In this document: positions 14,863 through 32,704 of the stretch, piece by piece | Numbering within the stretch: position 1 is the first letter of the stretch | Layout of the letters: the number at the start of each line of letters is the position of its first letter | Assembly (NCBI GenBank): GCA_951406725.2 | Contig: OX597835.1 | Span: 24,676,001-24,740,000, forward strand | Source: Octopus vulgaris | Lineage: Eukaryota | DNA: 64,000 nucleotides | Direction of reading: 5' to 3' | Program-made: the position numbers and the translations under genes | The notes under the pieces: model-generated | What the model was told of the DNA's origin: nothing | Database searches by the model: none | The model's input: the letters and a program-made list of their open reading frames with translations, nothing else

Positions 14863-15215
14863 TCCAATTTCTTTGCCGGCACCCCTGTATACCAAACTCT
14901 TCACCCATCATCTCAGACAATATTCTTTAAAGATGTAATTTCAGGAAAGAACTCCGCATCTTACATTTGATACGATGTTGCAGAACTTTTGAAGTTTCTT
15001 CGTCTTCCATCCTACGAGATTCCTGGAAATGTTTCACCAAAATTCCCCCAAACAGAACCTAATTTTAACCTTCTTTGAAACACGCTGTTTATATAATAAG
15101 CGACTAAAACTTTGACTGAAACATTCTCTGATTGGACTAAAAATATATATGGATATATACATGTATGTCTATACATATACCCATACATATATATATGCGT
15201 ATATACATATATACG

Positions 15216-15294
15216 AGTGTTTTCTGCTAGAGTCCTAGGCTAAACAAAAGCCTCGTTAGAAGATCTGGTTGGCGGAAACTGAAAGAAATCGGTC

Positions 15295-15297
<3 letters not shown>
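15216..15297 (+). mobile_element. Family A SINE internal fragment ending at its internal microsatellite
   Basis: agtgttttctgctagag...ggaaactgaaagaaatcggtcgtatat matches agtgtcttctactatag...ggaaactgaaagaagcccgtcgtatat. Confidence 0.75.
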
Positions 15298-19218
<3,921 letters not shown>

Positions 19219-19220
<2 letters not shown>

Positions 19221-19395
19221 TCAATTCAAATCATAAAATTAACAGTTACAGGACGTGAACAAGGAATGTATTAATTTGATGCTCGTTAAAAAGAGAGTTT
19301 TTGACGTTTCGAGCATAACTCTTCGTCGGAAAGGAGAAAGGTAAAAGTCCAAAGAAGGAAAAGAAATCGCCAACAGCACGCGTGTAATTACATTA
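19219..19395 (-). mobile_element. Penelope-type pseudo-LTR fragment with minimal hammerhead motif (19299-19333)
   Basis: Homologous to 24363-24567; minus strand CTTT CCGACGA A GAGT TAT GCTC GAAACGTC AAAA. Confidence 0.75.
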
Positions 19396-19429
19396 CTAGA
19401 GAGAGAGAGAGAGAGGGAGGGAGGGAGGG

Positions 19430-20867
19430 AGGGTGTTAAATTTGGCATTTTTGTGTCTCTCTTAATGAACAACTTGATGTACTGATGAACAGTCAACGGC
19501 GTTGTAGAGTATATAGATTTAAGTTTGTATTTGAGAAACAGCTAGCTGACATGGAGGGCTGGAAGCCATTTGAATATCGGAAAGGATTACACCAGCGTGA
19601 TGGTAATTCGCGCAGGATGTCAAAATGCCGACATCATGACCGCTGCACAATGCTTTGTAAACACTGTAATGGTTGTGTGGCATGACATGGACATCGTGGA
19701 AACCAAGGTTCTCCAAACTGTGATGGCCGTTGTGTACTTGTCTCTTGTTAGGGTTACATCATTCCGCTCTACATCTCTGAAAAGTCTTAGGTTAATTTCA
19801 GACAACCATGTGAAGTTTCTGGGGATTGTGGTCATACCCTAGCTGAAGAAAGATGCTGCTGGAAGGCCATATGTGTGGTAGTAGGATTCGGCCCTTTGTC
19901 ATACCTCCGGGAAAAATCAGAAGTGGTTGTCGGAGTATTTCTACGACTTCACTTGTCCCTCTCATTCCTCAGTTTGTATTGCTATGGATTACTATGCGTG
20001 GGGTGCGGTTGAGAAAGATACCAAGCGCCCTGCCTGCAACACCAAGGCCGAGTTGGTGGCCATGGTCAAAAAGAGGTGCTTGAATATCTTCGAAAGGGCA
20101 CAGTGAGGAACGCATGCGACAAGTTCCAGAGCCGTCTTGCGGCCGTGATAGAAGCTGAGGGTGGATACTTTGAATAAACTGGTTCATTTTATTTTTTTTA
20201 ATAATTTTATTTTTGGCTAGGATATTCTTTTCTACTAAAGGCACAAGGTCTGGAATTTTGGGGGAGGGTGCCAGTCGATTAGATCGACCCCAGTACGCAA
20301 ATGGTACTTAATTTATCGACTCCGAAAAGATGAAAGACTAAGTCGACCTCGGCGGAATTTGAACTCGGAACGTAAAGACAGACGAAATACCTATTTCTTT
20401 ACTACCCACAAGGGGCTAAACACAGAGGGGACAGACAAACGTTTTAAGTCGATTACATCGACCCTAGTACATAAGTGGTACTTATTTAATCGACCCCGAA
20501 AGGATGAAAGGCAAAGTCGACCTCGGCGGGATTTGAACTAAGAATGTAAAGACGGACGAAATACCTATTTCTTTACTACCCACAAGGGGCTAAACATAGA
20601 GGAGACAAACAAGGACAGACAAACGGATTGAGTCGATTATATCGACCCCAGTGCGTAACTGGCACTTATTTAATCGACCCCGAAAGGATGAAAGGCAAAG
20701 TCGACCTCGGCGGAATTTTGAACTCAGAACGTAGCGGCAGAGGAAATACCGCAAAGCATTTCGCCCGGCGTGCTAACGTTTCTACCAGCTCGGCGCCTTA
20801 TTTTTGGCTAGGATATTGTGTTTCCTTTTTCCGTTAAGCGAACTGTCAAATTTATCCCGAACACCCT
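19430..20867 (+). mobile_element. Decayed Tc1/mariner-superfamily (maT/DD37D-like) transposon interrupted by a SINE
   Basis: Reads GRPYVW**DSALCHTSGKNQKWLSEYFYDFT, MDYYAWGAVEKDT and KFQSRLAAVIEAEGGYFE*. Right TIR tgtcaaatttatcccgaacaccctg; partial left TIR agggtgtt-aaatttggca. Confidence 0.85.
20227..20797 (-). mobile_element. Trimeric family B SINE with 20-bp TSD
   Basis: One head plus three cores; TTATTTTTGGCTAGGATATT at 20207-20226 and 20798-20817. Confidence 0.92.
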
Positions 20868-20909
20868 GCATGCATGTGTGTGGGGGGGACGTGTATCAAT
20901 GTGTTTGTC

Positions 20910-21095
20910 AAATTACCACTTGACAATCGGTGTTGATATGCTTGCATCCTGTAACTTAGCAGTTCAACAAAAATGAATCGATAGAATAAGTAGCAGATTT
21001 GGAAAAACAGTACAAGTGTTGAATTGTCTGACCCTTCAAGGTAGTGCCCCAGCATGGCCGGAGATCAATGACCGAAACAAGTAAAAAATAAAGAA
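20910..21095 (+). mobile_element. Degenerate family A SINE 3' half
   Basis: cacttgacaatcggtgttg...cagcatggccg...gaaacaagtaaaa. Confidence 0.8.
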
Positions 21096-21591
21096 CAACT
21101 GCAACGTGCACATTTATTCCTTATTTATTAATTTTTTAACTACTACCTCCAACTCCTTTATAGCCAGGCTGGAGCAATTCCCATTCAGCCAGGAGCCGTT
21201 TGCTCTTTTCTCCGTAGGGTTGGCCTGCTCAAACTTTCACGCATTTCGAAACGCGGTTAAGGTCATGTTAGGACCAACTCACAAACAGCCGATAATTGGG
21301 TATTTAGGCCAGGTACCCTGTCAAACACAACCACCTGCAACTTTTACATAGGGCGGTGTAATTTGTCTCTGATCGGCTTAACGTTAACAAAAAAGCGGCG
21401 AAGGATCAGGGGAGGACTAGAGTTGGGTATGTATCGTTATCTCTGAGTTGAGCGTGCAGGTGTGTCAAGTACCGAGCAAGATTCACACCTAGGTACTTAA
21501 AATGGGTGGCATCTACACACACACATACACACGCGCATATACATACACATATGAATACATACATATATATGTGTGTGTGTATGTATGTATG

Positions 21592-21662
<71 letters not shown>

Positions 21663-21751
21663 GTAATATACAGATATGTATTTATATATACGTAATATAC
21701 ATATATGTATTTATATATAGATAGATACACACATATGCATGTATGTATATA

Positions 21752-21805
<54 letters not shown>

Positions 21806-22017
21806 TTTTCTTTGAGCTTAATTCTAAGATCTTATTGAGAAAGTTCAAGCCGATTGCTGACAAAGCAACGAGACTTTTTGTGTCAAGGGACTTCCTGGTG
21901 TTTGTAAATATGTAGTTGAGTTGGTGTGCTGGTGTGCATGAACGGTATGTATGCATGTATGAAAATCGTTGGTTCAAATTGTATTTCTTGCAGTTTCTTC
22001 GTGAATAATTCTTCATA

Positions 22018-22184
22018 TAGGCGCAGGAGTGGCTGTGTGGTAAGTAGCTTGCTTACCAACCACATGGTTTCGGGTTCAGTCCCACTGCGTGGCACCTTGG
22101 GCAAGTGTCTTCTACTATAGCCTCGGGCCGACCAAGGCCTTGTGAGTGGATTTGGTAGACGGAAACTGAAAGAAGCCCGTCGTA

Positions 22185-22216
<32 letters not shown>

Positions 22217-22440
22217 GTTTGTGTGTCTGTGTTTGTCCCCCTAGCATTGCTTGACAACCGATGCTGGTGTGTTTATGTCCCCGTCACCTAGCGGTTCGGC
22301 AAAAAGAGACCGATAGAATAAGTACTGGGCTTAGAAAGAATAAGTCCCGGGGTCGAGTTGCTCGATTGAAGGCGGTGCTCCAGCATGGCCGCAGTCAAAT
22401 GACTGAAACAAGTAAAAGAGTAAAAGAGTAAAGAGAGAGT
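22018..22440 (+). mobile_element. Full-length family A tRNA-headed SINE with internal microsatellite
   Basis: Head ggcgcaggagtggctgtgtggtaag...gggttcagtccc, then accttgggcaagt, internal (TA)n, tail (gtaaaaga)n. More than a dozen copies in the window. Confidence 0.95.
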
Positions 22441-22902
22441 ATACAGCTGCCACACCATCTCTAAACTGTACGCTTGTTGTCTTCATGAACACGCGACGGT
22501 CGCATTCCAGAAAACTGCGGATTTGTCTCTACGGCTTCTGATGTTCTGACGTCCTCCTCCTTCCAACACCTCAATGTCGTCTCTCACGTCATCTCTTCCG
22601 CTTTTGAACCTCTTGTGACCTCGATAAAGTTAATCCATAAACAACATGGAACATCTCATCAGTTTTTGCAACGTTCTTTAAATCGTTTAACGCAAAACTT
22701 TATTGCATAACGAACTTCAAATGTCCCGACTGCATTCTGCGAATGAGTCACCAGTGTTTAGTAAAGTATGTTCAAATGCTGTTACAGCCGTCTTTTTCAA
22801 TCAGAAATACCACAGGTGGCAGGTCAGCTTATTAGCTCTATAGCAATGATATACTAAAATCACAGTTATCTAGAATCCCTAAAATCTTCTGGAATGCACC
22901 TA

Positions 22903-22903
<1 letters not shown>
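22441..22903 (-). mobile_element. Mariner 5' relic (TIR and N-terminal transposase)
   Basis: Minus strand FEVRYAIKFCVK, HKRFKSGRDDVRDD and KIRSFLECDRRV; TIR core GGTGCATTCCAGAAG shared with 721-735. Confidence 0.85.
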
Positions 22904-22941
<38 letters not shown>

Positions 22942-22951
22942 TTTCTTTTTT

Positions 22952-23150
22952 ATTCTTTTACTTGTTTCAGTCATTTGACTGCGGCCATGCTGGAGCACTG
23001 CCTTTAGTCGAGCAAATCGACCCCGGGACTTATTCTTTGTAAGCCCAGTACTTATTCTATCGGTCTCTTTTGCCGAACCGCTAAGTGACGGGGACGTAAA
23101 CACACCAGCATCGGTTGTCAAGCAATGCTAGGAGGACAAAACACAGACAT
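22952..23150 (-). mobile_element. Family A SINE 3' half
   Basis: Near-identical reverse complement of 22222-22418. Confidence 0.92.
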
Positions 23151-23177
23151 AGAAACACACATATATATATATACATA

Positions 23178-23256
<79 letters not shown>

Positions 23257-23300
23257 TATGTATGTATATTTATATGTATGTATATGTATATATATATGTG

Positions 23301-23352
<52 letters not shown>

Positions 23353-23355
<3 letters not shown>

Positions 23356-23540
23356 TTGGCGATTTTCTTCCTCTGTCTTCCCTTGTATTGGACTTTCCTC
23401 TGTTTCTGAAGAAGAGCGTTGCTCGAAACATTAAACCCACCTTCTTTCCTTCCCTGAGAGTCTGCTAATACTTTACATGTACTGCGTCTTCGCGTTGTTG
23501 TGTTTATTTTGTGTTTGTTCTACCTTTTGGGGATTTACTA
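23353..23540 (+). mobile_element. Penelope-type pseudo-LTR fragment flanked by (TA)n
   Basis: Inverted homolog of 24363-24546; carries a hammerhead core. Confidence 0.8.
23402..23436 (+). ncRNA. Minimal type I hammerhead ribozyme motif
   Basis: GTTT CTGAAGA A GAGC GTT GCTC GAAACATT AAAC: CUGANGA and GAAA cores with stems I and II. Confidence 0.7.
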
Positions 23541-23547
23541 TATGTAT

Positions 23548-23616
<69 letters not shown>

Positions 23617-23652
23617 TGAAAGAGAGAAAGAGAGAGAGAGATAAAGACGGAA

Positions 23653-24004
23653 GACGGAAATTAAGAGAATGTTTATGGATCACTACAATTAGTTCAACCC
23701 ATCTAGTACAGATCTTTCACGAGTGGGATACTGAACAATTGGTTTAGGAGTATCTGTTGGTGTAGATGTGTCTCCTCGGGTGATAGAATGATAATGAAGC
23801 TGTATCTGCTTTTGTATACACATACCGAGAAGAAATCTTGCGGAACAGTCGTTATTTTGATCAGATACATCTTGTAATCATCTTGACACATCTAGACCGA
23901 CGGATACTCCTAAACCAGTTGTTCAGTATCTCACCTGTGAGGGATCGATACTGGATTGGTCAAAATAATTGTAGTGATTAATAAACATTCTCGTAACTTC
24001 CATC
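23653..24004. repeat. About 120-bp imperfect inverted repeat (23653-23772 / 23885-24004) with a degenerate hammerhead in each arm
   Basis: Arms align by eye; right arm TCAC CTG-TGA GG GATCGAT ACTGG ATTGGTC AAAATAATTGTA GTGA. Confidence 0.85.
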
Positions 24005-24224
24005 CTCAATCTCTCTCATTAATCAAATACCCAACAAACACTATGAGAGTGAACGTGCTTTACCGGTCAACTACCAGGACTATACCATTACTACTACTAA
24101 TAATAATATATATACAATATATATATATGTACACATATGGGTACATATATATATATTATATGTGTATATACATACACACATATATATAGATACATGGTCA
24201 CATACATACATAAATACATATACG

Positions 24225-24567
<343 letters not shown>

Positions 24568-24568
24568 A

Positions 24569-24656
<88 letters not shown>

Positions 24657-25154
24657 TTGTATGTATGTATAAATGTATGTGAGTGCAGCATGCAATAGTC
24701 AAGCTCTGTATTGACTTAGCTTCGAATCCTGTACATACATATGTGTGATTGAGTGCATGTGTGCGTGTGTTTTGGGGTATGTATGCATATATGTGTGAGT
24801 ATATGTGTGTATATATATATGTGTGTGTTTAAGGATTGTGAATATGTATGCATGCATGTAGTTAGGTATGTGAGCAGATATAAACGCACGTCTCTCACGC
24901 AAACTCGCACACACATACCTACCCTACCGTGTGTATATACATCATACATGGTTGGATAATGAATCACACACACACACAAACACGTCTCTTTGTAAATTTA
25001 CATACACTCTTATGCACTTTTATACAAATTATACATCTACACGTGCTTGTGTGAGAATGCATTTCCCTATATATACACACACACACATATATATATACAT
25101 ATATATATGTATATATACATATATATATATGTACATATACATATATATATATGT

Positions 25155-25230
<76 letters not shown>

Positions 25231-25533
25231 GTATGCATGTGTGCGATTAGTTACGTGTACATTGCCGGGTAACAATATACTCTACTTTAATCTTACCAAC
25301 TCTAGCAACGAGGGGTATTTAATCTACCCTGACAATAAGGGGTTTTATCAGTTTTACCATCATTCATTCGGGAGACCTTTAGAACCTCGAAAATGTATCG
25401 TGTTTTGGTTTCCATAGCAACTTTTCGTAACGTCTTCTTCACTTAGAAATGGCGTCTATTTCATTTCCAAAATATGTCTGTTTCGGCATTTTAGGCCAGT
25501 ATAGATACAGGCGTATATTATTTTATATGTGTT

Positions 25534-25604
<71 letters not shown>

Positions 25605-25650
25605 GCATATATATACATACACACACACAGACATATATATTATATATAGA

Positions 25651-25800
25651 TGTGCGGTAAGAAGCTTGTTTACCAACCACATGGTTCCGGGTCCAGTCTC
25701 ACTGCGTGGCACCTTGGGCAACTGTCTTCTACTATAGCCTCAGGCCAACCAAAGCCTTGTGAGTGGATTTGGTAGACGAAACCGAAAGAAGCCCGTCGTA

Positions 25801-25850
<50 letters not shown>

Positions 25851-26063
25851 TGTGTGTGTTTGTGTGTCTGTGTTTGTCCCCCCTAGCATTGCTTGACAAC
25901 CGATGTTGGTGTGTTTATGTCCCCGTTACTTAGCGGTTCCGCAAAAGAGACCGATAGAATAAGTACTAGGCTTACAAAAGAATAAGTCCCGGGGTCGAGT
26001 TGCTCGATTAAAGGCGGTGCTCCAGCATGGCCGCAGTCAAATGACTGAAACAAGTAAAAGAGT
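25651..26063 (+). mobile_element. Near full-length family A SINE
   Basis: Matches 22018-22440; a further head fragment follows at about 26133-26215. Confidence 0.93.
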
Positions 26064-26224
26064 ATTATATATACATACATATACATGTATGTATATACTT
26101 TGTTTTTGTATTACGTATGTATATATATATCATGGCTGTGTGGTAAGACGTTTTTTCCACTGCGCGGCACCTTGGGCATATGTCTTCTACTATAGCCTCG
26201 AGCCAACCAAATGCATGTATATAT

Positions 26225-26350
26225 ATTACAGTTCTATATTTAAGAGATGAGGAATTATTTATATTATTTACATTATTTACAATTGACGGATATATGTCCT
26301 CATATTTGTTTGTTGTTAACACAACGTTTCGGTTGATATACCCTCCAGCC
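26225..26350 (-). mobile_element. Truncated Penelope-type end with half hammerhead
   Basis: Minus strand ggctg gagggtatat caacc GAAACGTT; the CUGANGA half is replaced by (TA)n; TA tracts on both sides. Confidence 0.45.
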
Positions 26351-26380
26351 AATATATATATATATTTATATTGTTTATTT

Positions 26381-26940
26381 TTGTCCTCTATAATTATGTC
26401 TGGTCTTCATGCTTCAATAGTATGGTCAGTTGTTATGGCGAAGTCCCCCAAAATCTTGATTCTCATTTTCTATCACAGCTTCGGGTTCGTGTTCATACCA
26501 CTTTTCTGTTGTTTTGAGTCAAACACTCGACTAACACCCCAATGCACTCTTTTGCCAGCGCAGTGATGTCTGTGCTTATACTCGTTTTGTGCTGGTGTAC
26601 GGCACTCACTCTCAAAATGTGATTGATATTCTCGTCTCCTTTCCTGCAGATTCTACATTTGCTGTCTGACTAAGTTTTGTCGATCTTAGCTTTTATCAAA
26701 TTTGTTCTAAGGCTTCTTCTTGAACTGCTATAATTAACGTTTCTGTTTCTCGTTTCAAATTTCCGTTCGTCAGCCAAAACCACCGGGCTTCACTTCCAAC
26801 CATTTCGGTTCGCTCAATGGATTGGCTGTGCAGTTCCATTTCTTTCCAGTTGTTCATTCTGCTAATTCTGTTGTTCTTTCTTTTCTCTTTGAATTCTCCT
26901 TCTGTTTCAGTCACTTTTTTTTTGTATCTCTGGCTGTCGA
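26381..26940 (-). mobile_element. R4/Dong-clade LINE relic (CCHC knuckle and RLE endonuclease start)
   Basis: WLTNGNLKRETETLIIAVQEEAL, KAKIDKT*SDSKCRICRKGDENINHIL, SECRTPAQNEYKHRH, KILGDFAITTDHTIEA*RPDIIIEDK, with frameshifts. Confidence 0.9.
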
Positions 26941-27125
26941 AAGTATTCAGAAGAAAGTTCCGTACAACTTTAATTTTTCACCTCCAGTATCGCAGTGCCA
27001 GCAGTGTCTAAAAGCAAAATAGCTAGCTTGATAGGTAGATAGATGGATAGATAGAAAGATAGATAGATGGATGGATGGATGGATGGATGGATGGAAGGAT
27101 GGATGGATGGATAGATAGATAGATG

Positions 27126-27156
<31 letters not shown>

Positions 27157-27637
27157 GGATGGATGGATGGATGGATGGATAGACAAACAGACAGACAGAG
27201 AGACAGACAAACAGATAGATAGATAGTTAGATAATCAATTAAATAGAAAAAATATGTGTATAATATATATTACCTATATTTGTGGCCGTATTAGTCGTAA
27301 CCTTAACTTACATTACATATGACTATATTAGATAGTAGTCGTAACTAGATAGTAGGGCGTCTAGTCATAACGTTATTACCTGTAAATATATGTCCTAGCC
27401 GCCATAACTATTTAAGACATATGAACTGTAAGTAGACTGGTTTTGAGTCTCAAGTTACTCAGCTGCTCGTCATAAGAATCTGATAGATATTATCTGTGAA
27501 GATACTTGTCAAAATAACATTCTTTCCTCCGTCACCTGCCGGATGCTGATATAATTGAGGTATGAACGGATTTAATGAACTGGAGTGATGGATGAAAGCC
27601 AACACACAGACAAGCAAGCAAATAGAAGAAAATGAAT

Positions 27638-27810
27638 TGGCGCAGGCGGGGGTTGTGTGGTTGAGAAGCTTGCTTCACAAATGTGTGGTCTTGGGCTCGG
27701 CCCCGCTGCGTGGCAATTTGGGCAAGTGACTTATACTTTGACCCTGAAATGAGCAAAGAGTTGAGAGGCGAATTGGTTGATGGAAACTGGAAGAAGCCTT
27801 TTGTGTGTAT
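27638..27810 (+). mobile_element. Degenerate family A SINE 5' half
   Basis: ggcgcaggcggggttgtgtggttgagaagcttgct...ggaaactggaagaagcc. Confidence 0.8.
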
Positions 27811-27934
27811 ATATGTGTGTGTGTGTGTTGGGGTGGGATGTAAATATGTTTGTATGCATACATATCCGTGTATGTCTTTGTGGTTGTTTTTGCTTATTAT
27901 TATTATTATTGTTGTTGTTGTTATTATTATTATT

Positions 27935-28490
27935 GAGTGAGCGAGCAGAGCATGCCATCAAAGTGACACTGGGGTAAAATATACGAAGCCCAGTATACCC
28001 ATCATGACTACCCGTCTGACAAAGGTACACCAGGCACATGCATCACAACCATATGTGCGCGACATGGTGATCTCATATCAAGATAAACAGCACATGACCT
28101 TGCAGGTGGAGCCCAGTTAGAATTTTCTTCAGATCGAGTAACCCATCCCGCTCAAAAGGTCCCTGAATAAGGGTTGTTTAAGGACGTTGAACGAAACACC
28201 CATGTTTCCAGAGGTGAATTATTCAAACCCCAAAGAATCCTTCTCAACACATGGCTATGATGCTCCCCCACTACTTCTGCTCGTGATCAGAGATGCACAT
28301 ATCGTCAGCCACTAAGGGACATGCTCAACTGGTTATGGTCAAACAACTGAGAAGCAAATCTGTGGTATTGAGCAGAATATTTGCTGTAGCCCATCTTTTA
28401 TACCAAGACAAAACAATGTACATGATAACACTTCCAATCAGTTAAGATCAGAAGCCATGAGAGCCACTGCCTGGTACTGCATCAGGGCAT
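27935..28490 (-). mobile_element. Non-coding interspersed element D embedded in (AAT)n
   Basis: Very similar truncated copy at 33004-33293; both are flanked by (ATT)n. Strand inferred from the shared end. Confidence 0.8.
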
Positions 28491-28643
28491 TTATTATTAT
28501 TATTATTATTATTCGTATTCGGGGAAATTATTATGCCATTTGAAAATTTTTCGCCATCAGGCTGGCAGCTTCCTGACAGGCGCGCTTCCAGAATAACCAC
28601 TAGACAAGCGATTCGGTGTATTGTTTGAAATTTTCTTTTCAAG

Positions 28644-28687
28644 TAAAGTTAAATTATTATTATTATTATTATCATTATTATTATTAC

Positions 28688-28754
<67 letters not shown>

Positions 28755-28760
28755 GTTATT
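28644..28760. repeat. (ATT)n microsatellite
   Basis: Directly visible. Confidence 0.98.
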
Positions 28761-28990
28761 CAGTGGTCTTATTTTTATCACGTGCTTTCACTGCACTACT
28801 GAGCACAGCTCTGTGTGCCTTGGGTTCGTGCTGTGGTTTGTTGTGATGCTCTTATGGTTACTGTATTGAAAGTGTTTTACGTAGGATGTGTGCGGTGCCC
28901 AGTAGTACTATTTTCTGTATGTTATATATACTTGTTGTTCCTGTTGCTTTTGTTATGTATTTGTCTGAATATTTTTTATCATGCTTAATG
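28761..28990 (-). mobile_element. R4/Dong LINE 3' end with UTR, ending in (AAT)n
   Basis: Minus strand YNIQKIVLLGTAHILRKTLSIQ*, a typical R4/Dong ORF C-terminus. Confidence 0.88.
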
Positions 28991-29829
28991 AATGTTTTTT
29001 TATCATGCTTAAGGGCAGAATCTGAACTCAGAACTCAAAGATCCGGAAGAAATGTCGCTACGCATTTTGTTCGTCTGGCTAACGAAAGTCTAACACTACC
29101 ACGAAAGCATTTTAGATTTAGAGATCTGACTTAAGACATTACGGCGCACTTCAAGGAGAGGAAGAGGTGATATTTTGGCTCCTATTTCTAGCAGGTCCAG
29201 CAACGCTATTGTTGTTGCTGTTGCTGTTGTTGTTATTGTTATTATTTTCTGTTGTTTATAGTTTAATGTTTTATGTTGATTTTGTTAATATCGTTGCCGC
29301 AATAGAAGCTGCAGTTGTTGTTGTTGTTGCTGCTGTTATCGTCGTCGTCGTAGTAATAGCAACGTAGGTACCTGGCAAATCCATCACGGGTACGCACATC
29401 CACCCCGGTTCCACCCTATTGTGATATGTAAACAGCGAAAGTAATTGACTGGCATCTCCGCGTGCATGTATGTATGTATGTATGTATGTATGTATGTATG
29501 TATGTATGTATGTATGTATGTATGTATGTATGTATGTATGTATGTGTGTGTATATATGTGCGTATGTATGTGTGTATATATATGTATGTGTGTATGTATG
29601 TATTACGTAATGAGTATGTTTGCGTATGTGTATGACAGTGCGTGCGCGTATATTTATATATGCGTGCGTACTTATGTATGTGTACGTTTGCGTATATATA
29701 TGTGTGTGTGTGTGAGCGTGTGTTTATGTGTCAGTGTGTGTATCCATGTGTGTACCCACGCCAGTTTCATTTAAATACCTATTATATTCTGTTATCTAGG
29801 GGCCACGCCAAGATACCCGTAATTCGATC

Positions 29830-30200
29830 ATCACCATCACTATCACCACCACCACCACCACCACTACCACCACCTTCATCGTTTGGAGCCATCATTCAAT
29901 CCTCTACTCACACTACCACCACTACTATCACTACTGCCACCACCATTACCAACACTATCACTTAATTCTCCATTTCCAACTCCACTACCACCATCGCACC
30001 ACCACCAATACTAACATCTAACTCTCCACTCGCAGCACCACCATCATCACCATCACCTTCTCCAATACTACCACCAAACTTTCCTCTCCCATCACCACCA
30101 CCACCACTACCACCACCACCCCATCACCACCACCACCACTACCACCACCACCACCACCACCACCACCACCACCACCACCACCACCACCACCACCACCACA
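29830..30200. repeat. Degenerate to perfect (ACC)n tract
   Basis: Directly visible. Confidence 0.92.
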
Positions 30201-30563
30201 TCCACTGTCACAAAAGCCTATCTACAATATCTTCGCACTAACTCAGTGTTTTCTCTTAAAGAAGGTGGGGCGGAGAAATTGTCATGTTTGATAAAAACTG
30301 AGATGGTTTTTAAACTTTATAAATTGGTCCAACAGCATGGCGAAAGGTGCAAACCATTATTTTCTTTTTCTCCTGAATACTGATGGATGAACAAAAATAT
30401 TTCACTAATATAGTTTTTTTGAGGGAGTGTTTGTCCAGGATAGGACTACACAGCCACAGCAGGAAATGTATTAGGACATGAAATGTAAAAGCCGGACTAG
30501 ATTATTTTATGCGCAACTCCATTGTCTCCCGAGACAAAAAGGATGCCAACAACAACAACAACA

Positions 30564-30613
<50 letters not shown>

Positions 30614-30635
30614 CATCATCATCATTATTATTACT

Positions 30636-31012
30636 AAGGTGGCGTGCTGGCAGAATCGTTAGCATGCTGGACGATATGCTTAGCGGTAGTTCAAATTCCG
30701 TCGAGGTGGACTTTGCCTTTCATCCTTCTGGGGTCGATAAATTAAGTACCAGTTACGCACTGGGGTCGATATAATCGACTTAATCCGTTTGTCTGCCCTT
30801 GTTTGTCCTCTCTGTGTTTACCCCCTTGTGGTTAATAAAGAAATAGGTATTTCGCCCGTCGCTACGTTCTGAATTCAAATTCCGCCGAGGTCGACTTTGC
30901 CTTTCATCCTTTCGGGGTCGATAAATTAAGTACCAGTGAAACACTGATGTCGATTTAATCGACTCATTCCCTCACCCAAAATTTCAACGCCTTGTGCTTT
31001 CAGTAGAAAGGA
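30636..31012 (+). mobile_element. Dimeric family B SINE
   Basis: Head, core, tail1 (...aaagaaataggtatttcg), second core, tail2 (ccttgtgctttcagtagaaagg). Confidence 0.9.
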
Positions 31013-31827
<815 letters not shown>

Positions 31828-32640
31828 TTCTGTTTGCTGATGATTGTGCTTCGATTTCTCATGCATTTGAGGCAATTCAGGAAACCGTCGACAGGTTTCC
31901 TGCGGCAGCTCGTGCATTGGGACAGACTATAAGCATGAAAAAGACTGAAGTTTTATTCCAACCAAGGCCCGGGGTAAGACACACTCAAGACTCAAACTTG
32001 TTGATAGACAACAAACGATTCAAATGGCTCTGGTCATTTAAATATCTTGGAAGTACAGTAAACTTAAAGAGTACTCTTGATGAAGGAATTAATGTTAGAA
32101 TACCTAAGGCCACAGTGCTTTTGGAAGCCTTTCCCATCGTTTGTGGGATGAACACAATATCAGTTTGCAAAGTAAAATATGTGTATACAAACCTTGTATT
32201 TTGAGTACCTTTTTGTATGGGGAAGAAGCATGGACTCCCTACTACAGACATATAAAGAAACCTGAAACTTTCCACACGTGCTGTTTGCGCAATATTTACA
32301 ACATAAAATGGCAAGATAAGATATCCAACGCCAAAATCTTAGAAAAATGTAATACTTCCAGAATCCAAAGCATGCCGGTAAGAATTCAGTGCAGAAGGGT
32401 AGGACATGTTTGAATGGAAAATGACTGCATTCCGAAAATTCTTCTGTATGGTCAACAAGAAGAGAAATATTGCGGCAAAGGAAGACCTGTCCTTAGGTAT
32501 GAGGATAAGTAGAAGCAGTCACTGAAATCTCTGAAGCTTAACCTGACATCTTGGGAAAGTCATTGCCTAGATCGATCGGCATGGAGTAAGATGTGACATT
32601 ATGCATCCAAACAATTTGAGTTGCAGAAAAATAACAATAG
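31828..32640 (+). mobile_element. RTE/BovB-like LINE RT C-terminal relic
   Basis: FADDCA, GQTISMKKTEVLFQP, FKYLGST, ILSTFLYGEEAWT, CLRNIYNIKWQDKISN, IPKILLYG, GRPVLRY, with stops and frameshifts. Confidence 0.92.
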
Positions 32641-32704
32641 AACTATATCCCTCAACCAAAAGACACACTTGCCTAATTCCAGGCAAAATCAAAATCATCA
32701 ATGT

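Noticed and set aside
20227-20797. CRISPR-like repeat-spacer pattern
   Set aside because: The spacers are themselves homologous SINE tails; eukaryotic context and no cas genes.
21200-21320. Good-looking acceptor (ctcttttctccgtag) and possible exon
   Set aside because: No strong donor and no recognisable peptide; needs RNA-seq.
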